From the human T2T-CHM13v2.0 reference genome, Homo sapiens, in assembly GCF_009914755.1 (NCBI RefSeq), contig NC_060939.1: a stretch of DNA of 64,000 bases. One strand, given 5' to 3'. The translations under genes and the position numbers were made by a program. Positions 20,717 through 34,677 of the stretch are shown in pieces. Each line of letters begins with the position of its first letter. The stretch's first letter is position 1. A model generated the notes under the pieces. The model searched no databases and was not told where the DNA came from. It was given only the letters and a program-made list of their open reading frames with translations.

Positions 20717-23700
20717 AAGGAATTGAAAAAAAAAAACAAAACATTTAAGGGGTTAATATCCTACACAATTCATTTACTTCATTTGAATGTTAGAGCCACT
20801 TATGTTTATTTGTGTTTCTAATTTATAGTTTAAATTTATTTGTGTTTCTAATTTATAGTTTAAATTTATTTGTGTTTCTAATTTATAGTTTAAATTTATT
20901 TGTGTTTCTAATTTATAATTTAAATTTATTTGTAAAAAGTTAAATGAGAGTGGGTGTTTCTCTCATGTTCACTCTGGCATCTTTTAGCATTTTTTTAATT
21001 TGATAATTATAGGACGTTAGCATGCATATCGAGTTTGCCCTTATGTGGTGGGAGTTCAAACACACAAAGACCCACTGTATGCACACAACTGTTCTTGCTG
21101 GTTTGGGATAGGCTGCCATGCTTTTTTAATGTTAGTACAGCCTGTATATTCATTACGGAATTCAGATAAAATTTCCTTATGTTCTGCTGTTATGTTTGAT
21201 CGAATCCTAATCACAGTGAGCTCTTCATTAGCTCAATATGCAGTTTGCCCTCAAGTGCGCGGTCTATTACTTTGTAATATGCCACTGTGAGTACTGACAT
21301 TTACAGTTGTTTAAAGGTGGAGCACTGGAAACAGCCTTTCCCCCTTTTTCTGTGTATTGGGGATGGGAGTAATAACATTTTGGGGAGGTTTTTAAATCTC
21401 CCAGAAGAGGAAAGTGGCCTGCTTTGGCAGGTGTGTGCAGGATAGAATATGTTTCATTTGTTCCGGTGCCAAGAATGAGCGCTGTACTACGGTAGTTCCC
21501 TTAGGATTTGTATGTGCTCTGGGCTCATGAAGATACTGCCTCATGAGCTGTGGCAGTTGTACTCTTTTTTGATGACCTGAAAAGGGATTATTTCTGAGGA
21601 ATGAAAGGCTCCCATCATGACTGTGGATGTGGAAAACCTTTTCTAGCTGAGAGCATTTATATCTACAATACATTTTAAAGTCAGAGTTCATGTTCCCTGT
21701 TTTAATCACATGACTACATGTCCCAGTACACAAAAGGGCACTGGTTGGCGTTCTCCTTAATGTATTTAGTAAAGATCAGAAGAAATCCTTTAAGAGTTTA
21801 AATGCCCCTGGAACAGGCATATACAGGCTCTAGTCAAGAATGAATTCGAGTGAAGGAAAGCTGTGTGACACCTGGCATTCCTCTGTGTTCATGGAGCTTA
21901 TTTGAGGCTAGAAGATGGATTTTACCATCTAGACCTCTCTGGCTAATAGCTAGTCTTCAACCATCTGACATAGGAATTTACTTCTTTTCCTTGAATGGAG
22001 AACACTTTAAAAATAATAACAAACATTATTATAAACTAATATATGTGAGAGTACTTAGTTGAAACAAAAAGGAGTTTTAGTAGACAGTATTATACTACAT
22101 TTGAAAATCAAGGAGCAGTTTATGCAACGTAAAATGTTTACAAACTGCAGCGCAATCTACTGTTTGTGACTGTCAAAGTGTCATGAGGAAAGTGTCTATA
22201 CAATCACAGAGTTATATTTCCTCACAAAGTTCTTTACGAAGAGTGAAATATGTTTTTATACCTCTCAGTTTCAGTTAGAGGCATATTTTGTGTAATATTT
22301 ATGGCTTAAAATGGACTAAAGGTCCTGTTCTTGCCTTTTCTGAACTTGCCACTTTTGCATTCTTTGAGTTCAGTTTAAAGACACTTACTTTAACTCCATT
22401 TTAAACCCTCGGGCTAGAAATCGTACCACTGTTAATTAGCCACGTTATTTGGTCTAACAGTTTTTGTTTATCATTCTGAAACTGAGCTTATCTAATACAT
22501 TGATAAATTATTTCAAAGGTATTTTTATAGTTCAAATCGCTTCACTTTTACCCTGACACGTATAAATGACTAGGAATGACCTTCAGATAGCGTTTAGCAA
22601 CTGTAACCAATCTGACAATAATGTGTTCATCAGGTACCTGTGGATTAAATCACATACTGGCATATTTAAGATGAATGTCAGTCTGAAAAATAAATATACT
22701 ATATTAATTCAAATACGACTCTTTGTGTAGGTATTTTGTCATATGTTTAAGAAAAAGCTAAAGAGAATGGAAATCCTATGACAATAACTCAAGTCTTTCT
22801 TCAAAGTGCATGCAGTCTTTTGCAGTACCTCATTCAGCCAAGTATTTGTTCTCTACCTCATTCAGTATAAGGCAGCCTTTAATTTGCTTAGAAGGCAACA
22901 TTAGAAGGTTAGAGTTCAGCAGGAACATAGAATTTTAAAATGTGACTTCAACTGAATAAATTTGAATTTCTGTAGGGAGTAAAGAATCAAAACACCTATT
23001 TAAAGACTGCAAAATATGATAATTATTTTTAAAGTAATTGATTAAACCTGGTAGGTTTTCCCAAAATGAAAAACAATCAGTTCTAAAACCAAAGCTGATT
23101 TTTAGAAAATGTGAAAATGTAAATCAACCCTATCCATAATAGATTCTCTAAAACTTTATCTTACAGTCACTTTCAAATAACTATTCAAAAATGTAACTGC
23201 TATATTAACGTCTTAAAATAATTTAAAACATTTTAAAATATGAATACTGTAGTTTAAAACAAAGAATCTAGGGGAAGGAAAAGTAGACAAAGAAATGCCA
23301 ATTCCAGTCCAAAGCTGTATTTGCCAAGTTTTCTTAGAATGACTTTTACCGATTTATGAATTCTTATACACAGAATGCATAATGGAAATACTGATTTTTG
23401 TCTAAAGTGGCATTATTGACTGCTGCTGTGATGCTACTGTAATGTAATACATTATTAAATTGTTTCAAGGTGCTGTTTTGCCTAAAAATTTTGTGTGTCT
23501 TGAAAACTATAGTATTGGGTATTGAGACTCTGCAAATTCTCGGCATGCTTGGCATGAGGTAATCGGTTTTTATTCTTACAAAATTGTAACTATGTAAGTG
23601 TGTTTATTAAAAGAACACAAACTAAAAAAGTTAACAGGAATTAAAGTTGTGGGATGAAAAAGTTACAGGATAAAAAAATACTGTGGAAAAGTGGCAAAAA

Positions 23701-23811
23701 AAAGTTGTGGAAAAAAAGTAAAAAAAAAGTTTTATGAAAAGTTATTTTAAAAAGTTATGAAAAATTAGTTACAGGATTTAAAAAAAGTCATGGGATAAAA
23801 ATAAAAATAAA
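20717..23811 (+). other. Retroposed AT-rich 3' UTR insert (chr15 core element, recalled as ITSN2 3' UTR-derived)
   Basis: About 2.9 kb AT-rich block; ATTAAA at 23606-23611; degenerate A-tail at 23624-23811; degenerate TSD TAAGAGCGGGTC (20705-20716) / TAAAAGCAGGCC (23812-23823). Confidence 0.65.
20805..20933 (+). repeat. 30-bp tandem repeat x4.3 in the GOLGA6L 3' UTR
   Basis: Unit TTTATTTGTGTTTCTAATTTATAGTTTAAA, near-perfect copies. Confidence 0.95.
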
Positions 23812-24440
23812 TAAAAGCAGGCCCCTGTCAGCATAAGCCTGGAGAAGTGGGTCTGGAGTCTTCACCCCCACCATGTCCCTACAACCCCTCCCCAGTCAGC
23901 CCTTTACCATTAGGGTAGCAAGACAAGACCCCTGTCTAATGGAGGGAGACAAACAGACCCTTTACCACCTTGACCAAGGCTGAGTCCTTACATTTCTGGA
24001 TGATGATGTTTGTTATTTAAGAGCCAGAGGTTGGTGGAGTTGGTTTGTTTGGAGGAGGTCTGATGGCCTTCTTACTCTCACCAAAGCAACTTTTCCCTCA
24101 GGGGGGCTCCCATCTTCTTACTCAGAGAGGCAGCTGAGGCGGGACAGTGGAGTTAACTGTAGACCAGGCCAGGGCACAGGCTGCTGGGGGTGGCCCCCCT
24201 TCCCCCGTGTACATACTGTAGCTGTGTAACATTCTGTATCATACCTAGCGGAGGTTGCAGCTGGCATATGAGGAAGAGGTTCTTATAATTATTCGCGGCT
24301 GGGAAACTTATTTATTGCTAGCATAGGAGCGAGGAAGCAGGCGGGGATGGGGTCATGGCTGCCTGGTGATGGGACTCCTGTTTTTTGTTTTTTGTTTTTT
24401 GCTTTTGATTTTGGAATAAATGGATTTAGCCATACTGCTC
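23812..24440 (+). other. Remnant of the ancestral GOLGA2-type 3' UTR with a poly(A) signal
   Basis: Resumes with TAAAAGCAGGCCCCTGTCAGC, similar to the GOLGA2 post-stop sequence (recall); AATAAA at 24415-24420. Confidence 0.55.
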
Positions 24441-24857
24441 GGCCTGGTATGTTCCCATTTCCCTCACTGGGTCCTGCAGTTTGTCCCACTGAATGAGGAG
24501 CCCCAGAGTGTCTCAGCATGTCCAGCTGGGCTGTTGGGGACCTTCCAGGCCTGTTACCTGTATGCTGCCTGGTGACACCTGGTGGATTTCATGGGGACTG
24601 CCATGGCGCCTACGGAGTACACTCTGGCCCTGACAGCCAACTGGTTGAGAAGCCTGATCTAGCTGTGGCAGGGAAGACAGATACCAGTGCCCAAGGGCAC
24701 TGACTTCCATCCACCCCAGGTGTCTTCCGTTCTGTCCCCCTGCCTCCCTCTCCTGTCTGCACCGGGTGGCCTGTCTGTCCCTCCAGAGTGCCGGCTGCCC
24801 CGCAGGTTCCCTCCAGGCTGAGTTCAGGGCCCTGTCCCCTAGTGGCCAGAGCCGGCT

Positions 24858-25316
24858 TCACAGGGTAAGAGCCAGCTAAGCTCCAGGGACTTTCCAGGAA
24901 AAGTGTCCCTTGAAAAGGGTGTGACCTTTTCACTGCTCCCAACAGCACCCTAAAAATGGCTTGGCCTTTTCCCTCCCCTGAGCTCCATAGAGAACACAGC
25001 CAGCAGAGGACACATTCTCTGTCATCCAGAAATGGGTTTCTCAGCCGAGGGACAGCAGGACTGGTAGAGACTGTCAGGCCACACAGCTGCCTGCACAGCA
25101 CCGCCATGCTTGGCCAGAAGGGCGGGAGGGATGGTGGGGGCTGGCTGTCCACAGGCCGTGCATGTCCCGGAAGCTCACTGGAGGTGGTGCACTTTGGAGG
25201 GGCGATGTCAGGAGACAGCTTCCTCTTGCTGGGCTACAAGACTCCACAAGCACAGCACGGGGACTGATTCCCAGTGCTAGAGGCGAGGCAGTTGGCCACG
25301 TATATATATGTATATA

Positions 25317-25347
<31 letters not shown>

Positions 25348-28196
25348 ATTTATAGCTATTTATAGAACAGGGCAGGGGCATACCACAGAGGGGGCACAAG
25401 TTTCAGCAACGGTCAAACCTGGACGTGTCAGCTCACCACTACAACAGACTAAGTCACAGAAGAAGGGGGCTGGCTTTGGGGCTGGGGGAGCCACTGTCAA
25501 GTCACAGGACACCCACCCAGGCAGGCTTGGAAAGGGAGGTCTCTGAGAAGAGGAGGAATCTGTTTAGAGGTCGAAGTGGGGCCTGGGGCTCCCTGGATGG
25601 GATGGACTTGCCTGACCCAATCAGCTGGCAGTTGGAGAGAAAGCAGAGAGAAAACGGGTTAGAGAAAAGCCAGAGCTGGTGAGGCAAGTGCAGAGTATGG
25701 GTGCGCTGCAGCAGCTGTGGAGGGCCGGGGAGGGGAGGGCGTAGGTGTGGGCATGGCAAGGTTCCTGGAAAAGAGGGGCTGGAAGGGAAAGGGGAGGAAG
25801 ATGGAGGGAGAAGCCGGAGCTTCATAGGTAGTGCCTGGGGACTGCGGCGGCCCTTCCCACCCCACACACGCTGGCCTCTTTCATGGCACCCAGGCAGTCC
25901 ACCCATAGTTCAGATGAATGCTCAGCCCCCTCGGGCTTCTCTCTTCTCTGGTCACCCTGTCTTCCAACTCACGGCCCAGGGCCACCTCTTGCTTGGAGAG
26001 CCCCATCCAACAGCCACCAGACCTGATAGAGAAGGAACACTGATTGAACCAAAATGGTGGAGCTATACGGGATGGCTGGCTGGAGTGAATGCCAGAGGCC
26101 CCTCTGGGCCATCAGAAAGCCCAGGGTCCTCTGAGGGACCCTGGGGAAGGCAGGGAGGGCAGGTAGCCAGATGCCATTGGCCATAGACTTCTAAGTCTAA
26201 CAGGGCAGCCTCAACTGGTTGGCGGGGGGCTGCAGGTTACATAGGTGAGGCTGGGCCCTTCCTGCTGGGAAAAGCAGAAGAGGGAGACTCCGCGGCAGGA
26301 AAGGGAAGTGAGCTCTCTAGGTGGAGCTCAGCTGGGCCAGCAGCACTATTGGCTGAATATCACAGGCGACCCCTAGAAGCAACAGGCCAAGGTGCGTGAG
26401 CCTGCTGGCCAGCAGTAGTGCTTCAGCAGGGGCCAGGGACCCTGCCTTCAGTCGCACGCTAGCAGCTATCATGGTACCTGGGAGGGAGGGAAGGGGGCTG
26501 TGTGTCCTTCCATGGCCTATGAAGTGTGTTGTGGGATGACCGCGTGTATAGGACTCTCAGGCTTTTATCCTAGATCACCACTGGATTGCTGACAGATAGA
26601 GGACGTGGGACCGTGACTATCACCCCTAATCTGCAGTGGATTTGGCTCTTGGCACTCCCAGGCTGGGAGCTGGATACCTGCCCTGGCAGCATGACTCAGA
26701 CTGCATGACAGGTACGGCGTGCCCAGGATGATGTGCCCAGGCCTCTGGCCGCCTGAGTCCAGCCCCCCACACAACCCCCTCCAAGCTCCCAGCCCCTACA
26801 CCATAAACCATGAGCTCTGTGCCCTCTCTGATGGTTCCACATCTGCCACCTTGGGCATGGAGCCTGTTGTAAGAGCCCCCAGGCTCAGCCATGGAGACCT
26901 TCAGCAGTGGCACTGAGTCCCGTGGCTCACAGGGAGCAAAGTGAGACAGCAAGCAGCACAAGGACAGAAAGAGGAAAGAGCAAGTCTGCAGCTCCAGAAG
27001 GGAGGGGCAGGGAGCCTGGCTCTGAGGCTCCAGGTATGCCCCCTGTGTGGAGCTGGGGCAGCGGGGCAGGCAGACCATTCATGCAGCAGGCAGTGAGGCA
27101 TGTACCTACCATGGCTGACGCTCCTCAGGGGCCACTGATAGTGATTCTGAAAGACAGCTTCAAATCACATGGCAGGTCACATGCATGGGTGGGGCAGGCC
27201 TGGGGGTGGGTGACACACGCACATGCCGGAGTGTGCACACACATGCTGTGAGGCCCCACGGCCCACATGCACACTCACACACATGCCCACAAACAACACG
27301 CATACGTCGCCCTCCCCGCCACCTCCCAATGCCCAGCACCCTCACCGGCCGGCACGTGCCACATGGATCTGGGGCGTGCAGCCACTCGGCACGCTGAAGC
27401 ACATGGGTGGGCAGAGTCACAACACAGATGCTCACCCGCACACAGAGGCATTTGCACCAGCTCCCTGCACACTCGTGCCTGGCGTGCTCAGAGGACCACC
27501 CATGCTGCTCAGGGAGACAGGGCTTGCTCACTAATGTCCGGCTGTCATTTCTCCACCTCAGAGCCTTCCATGGCTCCCTACTGCCTACAGCGTTGAATCC
27601 CAACAAGTCATACTCTTTGGACTTTGAAGGTTCTCCACCCTGTGCCCCACCCTCCCCACAGAGCTCTTCCTCATTCTGTCTCTGTTCCCTGCTTTGGCCA
27701 GTGGCTATCCTTGATGTGACCCACACTACACCTCTGCCCACACTGCAGCTCTTTACCCAGTTACCCTCCAGTTCCTCACCACGTATGCCTACCTCAGTCA
27801 TGCCCCAGACTGCATTGAAGCCAGGCTGCCTTGAAGAAGCTCTCCCAGACTGCCCTTTTCCCCAAGGCAGGGTCATGATTTACCAAAGGTTTCGTGTGTG
27901 TTAGCAAGACTGGAGTCGGAGCAGGCATCAAACTTTACATCCCATATGTCACACCTCACCATAGATCTGGGTGCCAAATAGCCTGAAGAGTCTGAACTCA
28001 CGCTGGAAGTTAGCAAAGTGCTCCTACAGCCGCATCTGCAGTTAACATAGTATCCCTATGGCCACTGTCTCCCTTGATCCCCACAGCCATCCTAGGAGAA
28101 AGGCAGAACGTCATTTGCTAGAAGGGATGCTGAGGCTCTGGGAGGGAAAGGGACTTGCCTAAAGCCCCAGGGTGAAGCAGCATCTCTGGACTCTCA
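24858..28196 (-). pseudogene. DNM1 pseudogene fragment (last intron, 37-nt alternative exon, last exon, 3' UTR)
   Basis: Minus-strand exon 27146-27110 encodes RITISGP* (DNM1 b-tail RITISDP). The last exon from 25624 is a degenerate [20 protein letters not shown], with stop at 25566-25564. It lies tail-to-tail with GOLGA, as at the ancestral GOLGA2/DNM1 locus. Confidence 0.85.
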
Positions 28197-29359
28197 TAGA
28201 CAGCCTAGAGCTGCCAGCATTCCCTTAGGATCTGTGCCCTCGGGCCTGGCTTAATTTTTTCCTCTGCAAAGAGCCATCTGTAGGGCCAGAGGCTGGCAAA
28301 GCCTGACTCATTACTGGACGCCAGTTCCTTTGCCTGACTTTCAGTGATTTCTACCTTACCCTGGGGTTTTATGTTGCTTGTCTCAACACTGTCACTTCTC
28401 ATTCCTCCACAAGTTGAATTGCTCACTCCAGCCACTTGAAGCATGCTCTTCTTAACACAGTTAGCTCTAGGCACATGGTTGGTGCTAAAAAGGAAAAAAA
28501 AAAGAAGAGCATTATGTCAATTTCATTGATTAACAAAAGCGATGGCTCCACTGCAAAGCAAAGTTGATACTCCTGGGCCTCTGAGTTCAAGAGCCTTTTA
28601 GACAAATGGCTCTGAGCTAAAACATGATCATGCATGCATATGCATCTGTCTTGGTCTGATGAGATAATCTGGATACTTGCTTGTTATCCTTGAGCATTTT
28701 CCTGCCTCATTAATGTATGTGTAGCCACCACAATAATAATCATAGCTAATAATGGCTACAGCTGAGGGCTTTCCTGAACCAGGCAGTGGTTTTAAAAACT
28801 TTAACCCCTAAAGCTGAGGACTTTCCTAAGCTAGATAGTGGCTTTGAAAACTTTAAAGTTTTCACATAGACTGTCATTGAATAATTTCTGTTTTTCAGAT
28901 CAAGAAACTGAGACTTACTATCATATTTGGGATTAAGCTAAAAAAAAAAAAAAGAAAAGAAACAGAGGCTGAACGCTGTCAAGTATTTCACAGCCAGCAG
29001 GAAATCGGAACTTGAACCCAGGCAGTCTAGCCCTGGGATCCTTTCCCCTTACCCATTATCCAGTGTTGGCTACACAAAACTAATGAGTACATATTTTCAA
29101 CTATAGTTTAAGTGGGTGACATATTTTTCACTATATTTTATGTAGGTGACTTTCAGTTTGGGGGTATTCTACTTACACAATCTATTGAGCTGGATATTAA
29201 CTGAGAGCAAACAGAAACTAATGAACTCTGAAAAACATAAAACATGAGCAACATGACGTCACTGCAAGAGACAAAACAGCACATAGCCTTCTTGTGACTG
29301 TATTTTGCTGACAGTCCATGAGCTGATAGCCTGAACTCAGCAGTGCTGTTCCCTTGGGA

Positions 29360-29404
<45 letters not shown>
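29360..29404. repeat. (CA)n microsatellite
   Basis: About 22 CA units. Confidence 0.95.
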
Positions 29405-29407
<3 letters not shown>

Positions 29408-29469
29408 TTGGTGGTTTTCTGCCCCCCACCCCCACCCCAACACACACACGAGTTGGTGGTTGTGCTGCC

Positions 29470-30500
29470 CGGAGCCTCCAGTCCGCGAGTGTGAAGAACG
29501 GACCAGATGGGTCCAGCAGTGCTGGGTCAAGGCCAGGAGGGGCAGCCGGAAGCGCGCGCATGCTCTGGACTCCTGCAGCCGCCGAAACGGGTGCGCAGGG
29601 GGCGCGCGGGTTGAGGGGTGAGGGGCGACGGGTGTGAGGGGCGAGAGGGACGGGAGCGGGGTAGGGGCAGCCCTTTCCCAGGCGGTAGCGGGGACTGTGG
29701 TGCTGTTGCCCTTTTAAGCTGCGGCTTGACAGGAGCAGCGCCTCCTGTCGGTGGAGTCTGTTACAAGGGGAGCAGCCGCCCAGGCCGCCACACAGCTCCC
29801 CGCAGAGGCCTCGGTGCCCCTTGCCATTTTCCAGCCCTACTCCGAATAGAGTTGAGGCATCAGGGAGAGGCGGAGCTGGGAGAGCGCCGCCGAGAGGTCC
29901 CGCGGGTGGTTGCGGCCGTGACAGCGGCTCCCGACGGGCTCACCTTCCGCGCCCCTCCCGCCAGAGGTGAGAGTAAAATGTCCGTGTGAGGGTTCAAGGC
30001 CAAGCTGAGGTTGTTGGCCTCTATCTTCCACAAGAACCAGGAGCCCCCGCCGCAGCTCACGCTCCACTGCAACATCACGGTGAGGCGCCCAGTGGCGGCC
30101 TCACGGGGCAGGGCGAGGGCGGAGAGGAGGCGCCCAGAGTCCCGAGACAAAGGGGAGCCTGCCCGGGAGAGGCCCCGGTTCCCCAGGCGGGGCGAGCGCG
30201 CCCCTTTCTCCCGCGTCTGGCCCGCCCCGCTGTGTGAGGCTTGCGTGGGAGGAGGGGGAGGGCGCGTCTCTCTGGCTCCTTGCCGCGGGGCTGGCTTGGG
30301 GGCTGCCGGCACCTCTCGCCCCAGTCGCTGCGCCCTGAGGTGGGAGCCCGCGTCGCCCGCAGACCTTTTGGGGCCCATGATCGCCCTCAGTCAGCTAGCC
30401 TGCTCCCCTGGACCGCGACGGGGCGTGGCAGGGCGGCTCCCGCTGTTGTTTGAGCCCAGTGAGGGAAGGGGAAAGGCCTTTAAGATTTTCGGTTTTTTGG
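29470..30500. promoter_or_regulatory. CpG island (UBE2Q2-derived promoter)
   Basis: CpG-dense sequence containing the UBE2Q2 exon-1 homolog; NRF1-like GCGCGCGCATGC at about 29552. Confidence 0.85.
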
Positions 30501-30945
30501 CCGGGCGCAGTGCTCATTCCTGTAATCCCAGCACTATGGGAGACTGAGGCAGCTGGATCTCCTGAGGTCAGGAGTTCTAGACCAGCCTGGCCAACATGGT
30601 AAAACCCTGTCTCTACTAAAAATACAAAAATTAGCCGGGCATGGTGGCAGGCGCTTCTTGAGATGGAGTCTCACTCTGTCGCCCAGGCTGGAGTGCAGTG
30701 GAGCGATCTCGGCATACTGCAGCCTCCATCTCTTGACAGTCTGTGGGTTCAAGCGATTCTCCTGCCTCAGCCTCCCGAGTAGCTGGGATTACGGGCGCCC
30801 GCCACCACGCCTGGCTAAGTTTTGTGTTGTTTAGTAGAGATGGGGTTTCATCATGTTGGCCAGGCTGGTCTCGAACTCCTGACCTCAAATGACCCATCTC
30901 TGCCTCCCAGAGTTCTGGGATTACAGGCCTGAGCCACCGCGCCCA
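30499..30945. mobile_element. Fused inverted Alu pair (+ partial 30499-30654, - full 30657-30945)
   Basis: Sense left monomer joined directly to the tail of an antisense Alu. Confidence 0.85.
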
Positions 30946-32075
30946 GATCCAAGGCCCTTAAGCTTAAATGCCTCGTTCTTCAGTCAGGTTTTCCTTGTTC
31001 CCGCATGTTCAGCCAATCGTGTTTAAGGAGAAACTAACAATGAAAACGGACTCGTTGATGGAGGAAAAGTTGGAATGCAGCCTCTGGTGCTGTTTGAGCG
31101 ATCCCTCTACCCCGGGTCGCTGCTGTGTTCTGGAAAGGCGCATTGTACCCTGGATGCAGCAGGTAAGAGTCCTGTCCAGGTGCTCTGCCCGCTTTTCCTT
31201 TCAGGCTTCTGTATCAGCTGTTTTTCCCCTGTAGAATGTGCCCCTGACAGCCACCCCCTAACCCTACCCAATTTGTCTTTACGTGTCTGACCATCAAGGC
31301 TCTTCTGGGTCATATTTAATTCATGCTGATATTTCCCCTTCCTCTCCTCTTTAGTCCTCACTATTTTTGCTTTGGTCATGTTATGCTATATTCTGTAAGG
31401 CTTTAAAAAAATTTTTATGGTGGCAGGGGAGAATGTTTTATAATTATGCTTTGTGCTTTTTATCTTCCACTCAATAAATGCTTGGTAAATATTTGTTTTA
31501 TTGAATGTATGACCCTATTCTAGCTATATTGTGCTTGAACAAAAACCTTAACTGCCTAGTAAGTTAACTGCTAAGAATTTGTCAGAAGTGCAGACATAAC
31601 ATCAAGAACTTGTCATGGATAGTACAAAAACGTCTCTTAAGGGCTTGGTGGAAGCCTGTAAATTGACTTCCTATGAAAGAGAGTGTAAGAAGTGAAAATG
31701 TAAAGCATGACTGGAGAGCCAGAGTGATGAAGCCAGGGTCCCTTTCTCCAGATCCTTTGTAACAGTGTTATGTGATCTCTTCTAGAAGATCGTTCTGAAA
31801 GATAATGCCAACTCGGAACCTAGGAAACCATCCAGTGGGTTTCTGCAGCTTAGGTGTTTCAAATCCTCATCAGCACGTTTGTTTTCTCTGCCTCAGTTTG
31901 CTTACAATGATGTTCTCAGTAGCTACAATTGCTGTCTTTGAATACGTAAGCATTTTTTTTTAGGTGACAGGGATATATGTGCATTTTTATTTTACCAAGT
32001 GTTAGAATTTTGACTCTGCTTTTGTGGGCTCTGGGTTAGCTACTTGGTTGTTGTAAAATGATTAGCAGGGAAAGC

Positions 32076-32081
32076 TGTGTG

Positions 32082-32121
<40 letters not shown>
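32076..32121. repeat. (TG)n microsatellite
   Basis: TG run with one interruption. Confidence 0.9.
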
Positions 32122-32580
<459 letters not shown>

Positions 32581-33894
32581 GAACTTTCAAGAAGAAGTTT
32601 GTGCATCAGTTTTCAAAAAATTATGATATCAAAAGATAGCTGTGCCCTACATTTGGAAAGATACAAAAACTGAACATACTGGCAGGCAGTTTTGCTTGCT
32701 GGTGCTTGAGATAGAGGCACACATTGGTCTCAGTGGAATTATGGAGAAAAATAGATAAAGTTATTTCTAAATAAGACCAAAAAATCCTTTTCTTAAGCAG
32801 TGACAGGTAAAGAGGTTGTCTTGACTAACCTTGAATTGTGTTGCCCTTGATTGAGACAGTTTTATGGTGGGATGGTAGTGGTGATAAACTTGCTGGAAAT
32901 TTGTCTGCTTATAGTAACCTTTGTGGTAGCTGTCACAGACAACTTCATCCTCACAGGCCTTGAAATTAGTATAAAACTAACAGAATGGAGGAGAAACAAA
33001 GGACCTGAATAATTAGATGCTTAGATAATTGTTCCGTGTTTTCATAACTGGTGAAAAAGAGCAGTATTAGAAGCACTTACACATTCTATAGAAGGAACAC
33101 TGCCTGAATTTATATTGCGATTTTTGAGCACCATTAACTGTATAAAAACAGGCATATTGTAGGTAATATTTTAAAGACAAACAGAAAATTTATCTTTTCA
33201 AGATGGATCTAAAACTTATCAAAATTACAAAATTTAAAACGTGATTGAAAAATATTAATGCATAGGTTTAAATATTGGTCATTTTAAATGTCTTTCAAAA
33301 TAGATTGTCTCTTAAATATTCAACTGAACAAACTTTGAACATGTTGTAGAGTTTGTGCCGAAGGTTAAATTTCCTGGGGTGATGGATATTTTGTAATATG
33401 GAAAACAAAACCTTCTTATTTTAAGAAATTTAGAAAACTTTTAGGCAAAACTAGAAAATATTACCTATGTAATTCTACCACTCAGAAGGTGCCACTGTCA
33501 GAAATTTGTATCTTTCCAGTCATCTGCTCACCTCTTTTCTCCTGTGCTTGTATATGTTTCCTCTCCCTTAAAAATCAGATATTTGTTTGTAATCTGCTTT
33601 TTCACTCAACAGTATTGTAGATCCATGTTATAACTTACTCCTCTACATTGCCTTCAGTTATTGTGTGCTTTCTGTTGGATGACTTTACCATGTAGTCAGT
33701 CATGTTTTCTGGTACTGAATACATACGGGTATGTGTGTGTGTGCGTGCGCGTGTGTGCGTATTTTTTTGTAACTTAACTAATGCTTTAGACATCAGTAGG
33801 TAGACGTAAATCCTTGAAACCTTCCACATGGTGACTTTCAGTTCTCATTGCTGAATTTGTTTCCAGAGATGGAAGAAATTATATTGTAAGGGAA

Positions 33895-34241
<347 letters not shown>

Positions 34242-34677
34242 TAAAAATGTTAGAAAGTGTGCAATGAAATGGGCATTCTTACAGTCATGGCAAAAAATAT
34301 AATTATCTTTGACTTTCTAGAAAGTAGTTTGGCTTTCTAGAAACTTGTTTGAATTCTCCCTGTTTAGGCAGGATGAATTCTCACTACCCCAAGGTGGCCA
34401 ACCTTGTCCCTGTGATTCCATCTCTCCCAGAAAGAGAGGTTTAGTCTCAGGGAAAACCCAGATTTGTTTGGCTTAGCCCATCTGACAGCTAATCACTGGA
34501 AATGGGGTGGGCTGGTAGAATGCTTTGGTCAGGTTTTGTGTTGAGAGAGAGGTGGAAAGATGGGAGGGAGGTAGCAAAACTTGCCTCAGTGGAACTATGT
34601 AAGTTAATATAGAATGGCAAAGGGATGTTTCTTCCAAGGAAGAAATTCTAGAGAAGGAAGAAAGTGGAGGGGAAGGC

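Noticed and set aside
27160-27904. 238-aa and 165-aa ORFs, mirrored at 54147-54939
   Set aside because: Apparent conservation only reflects recent duplication of a DNM1 intron; composition is low-complexity and non-coding-like.
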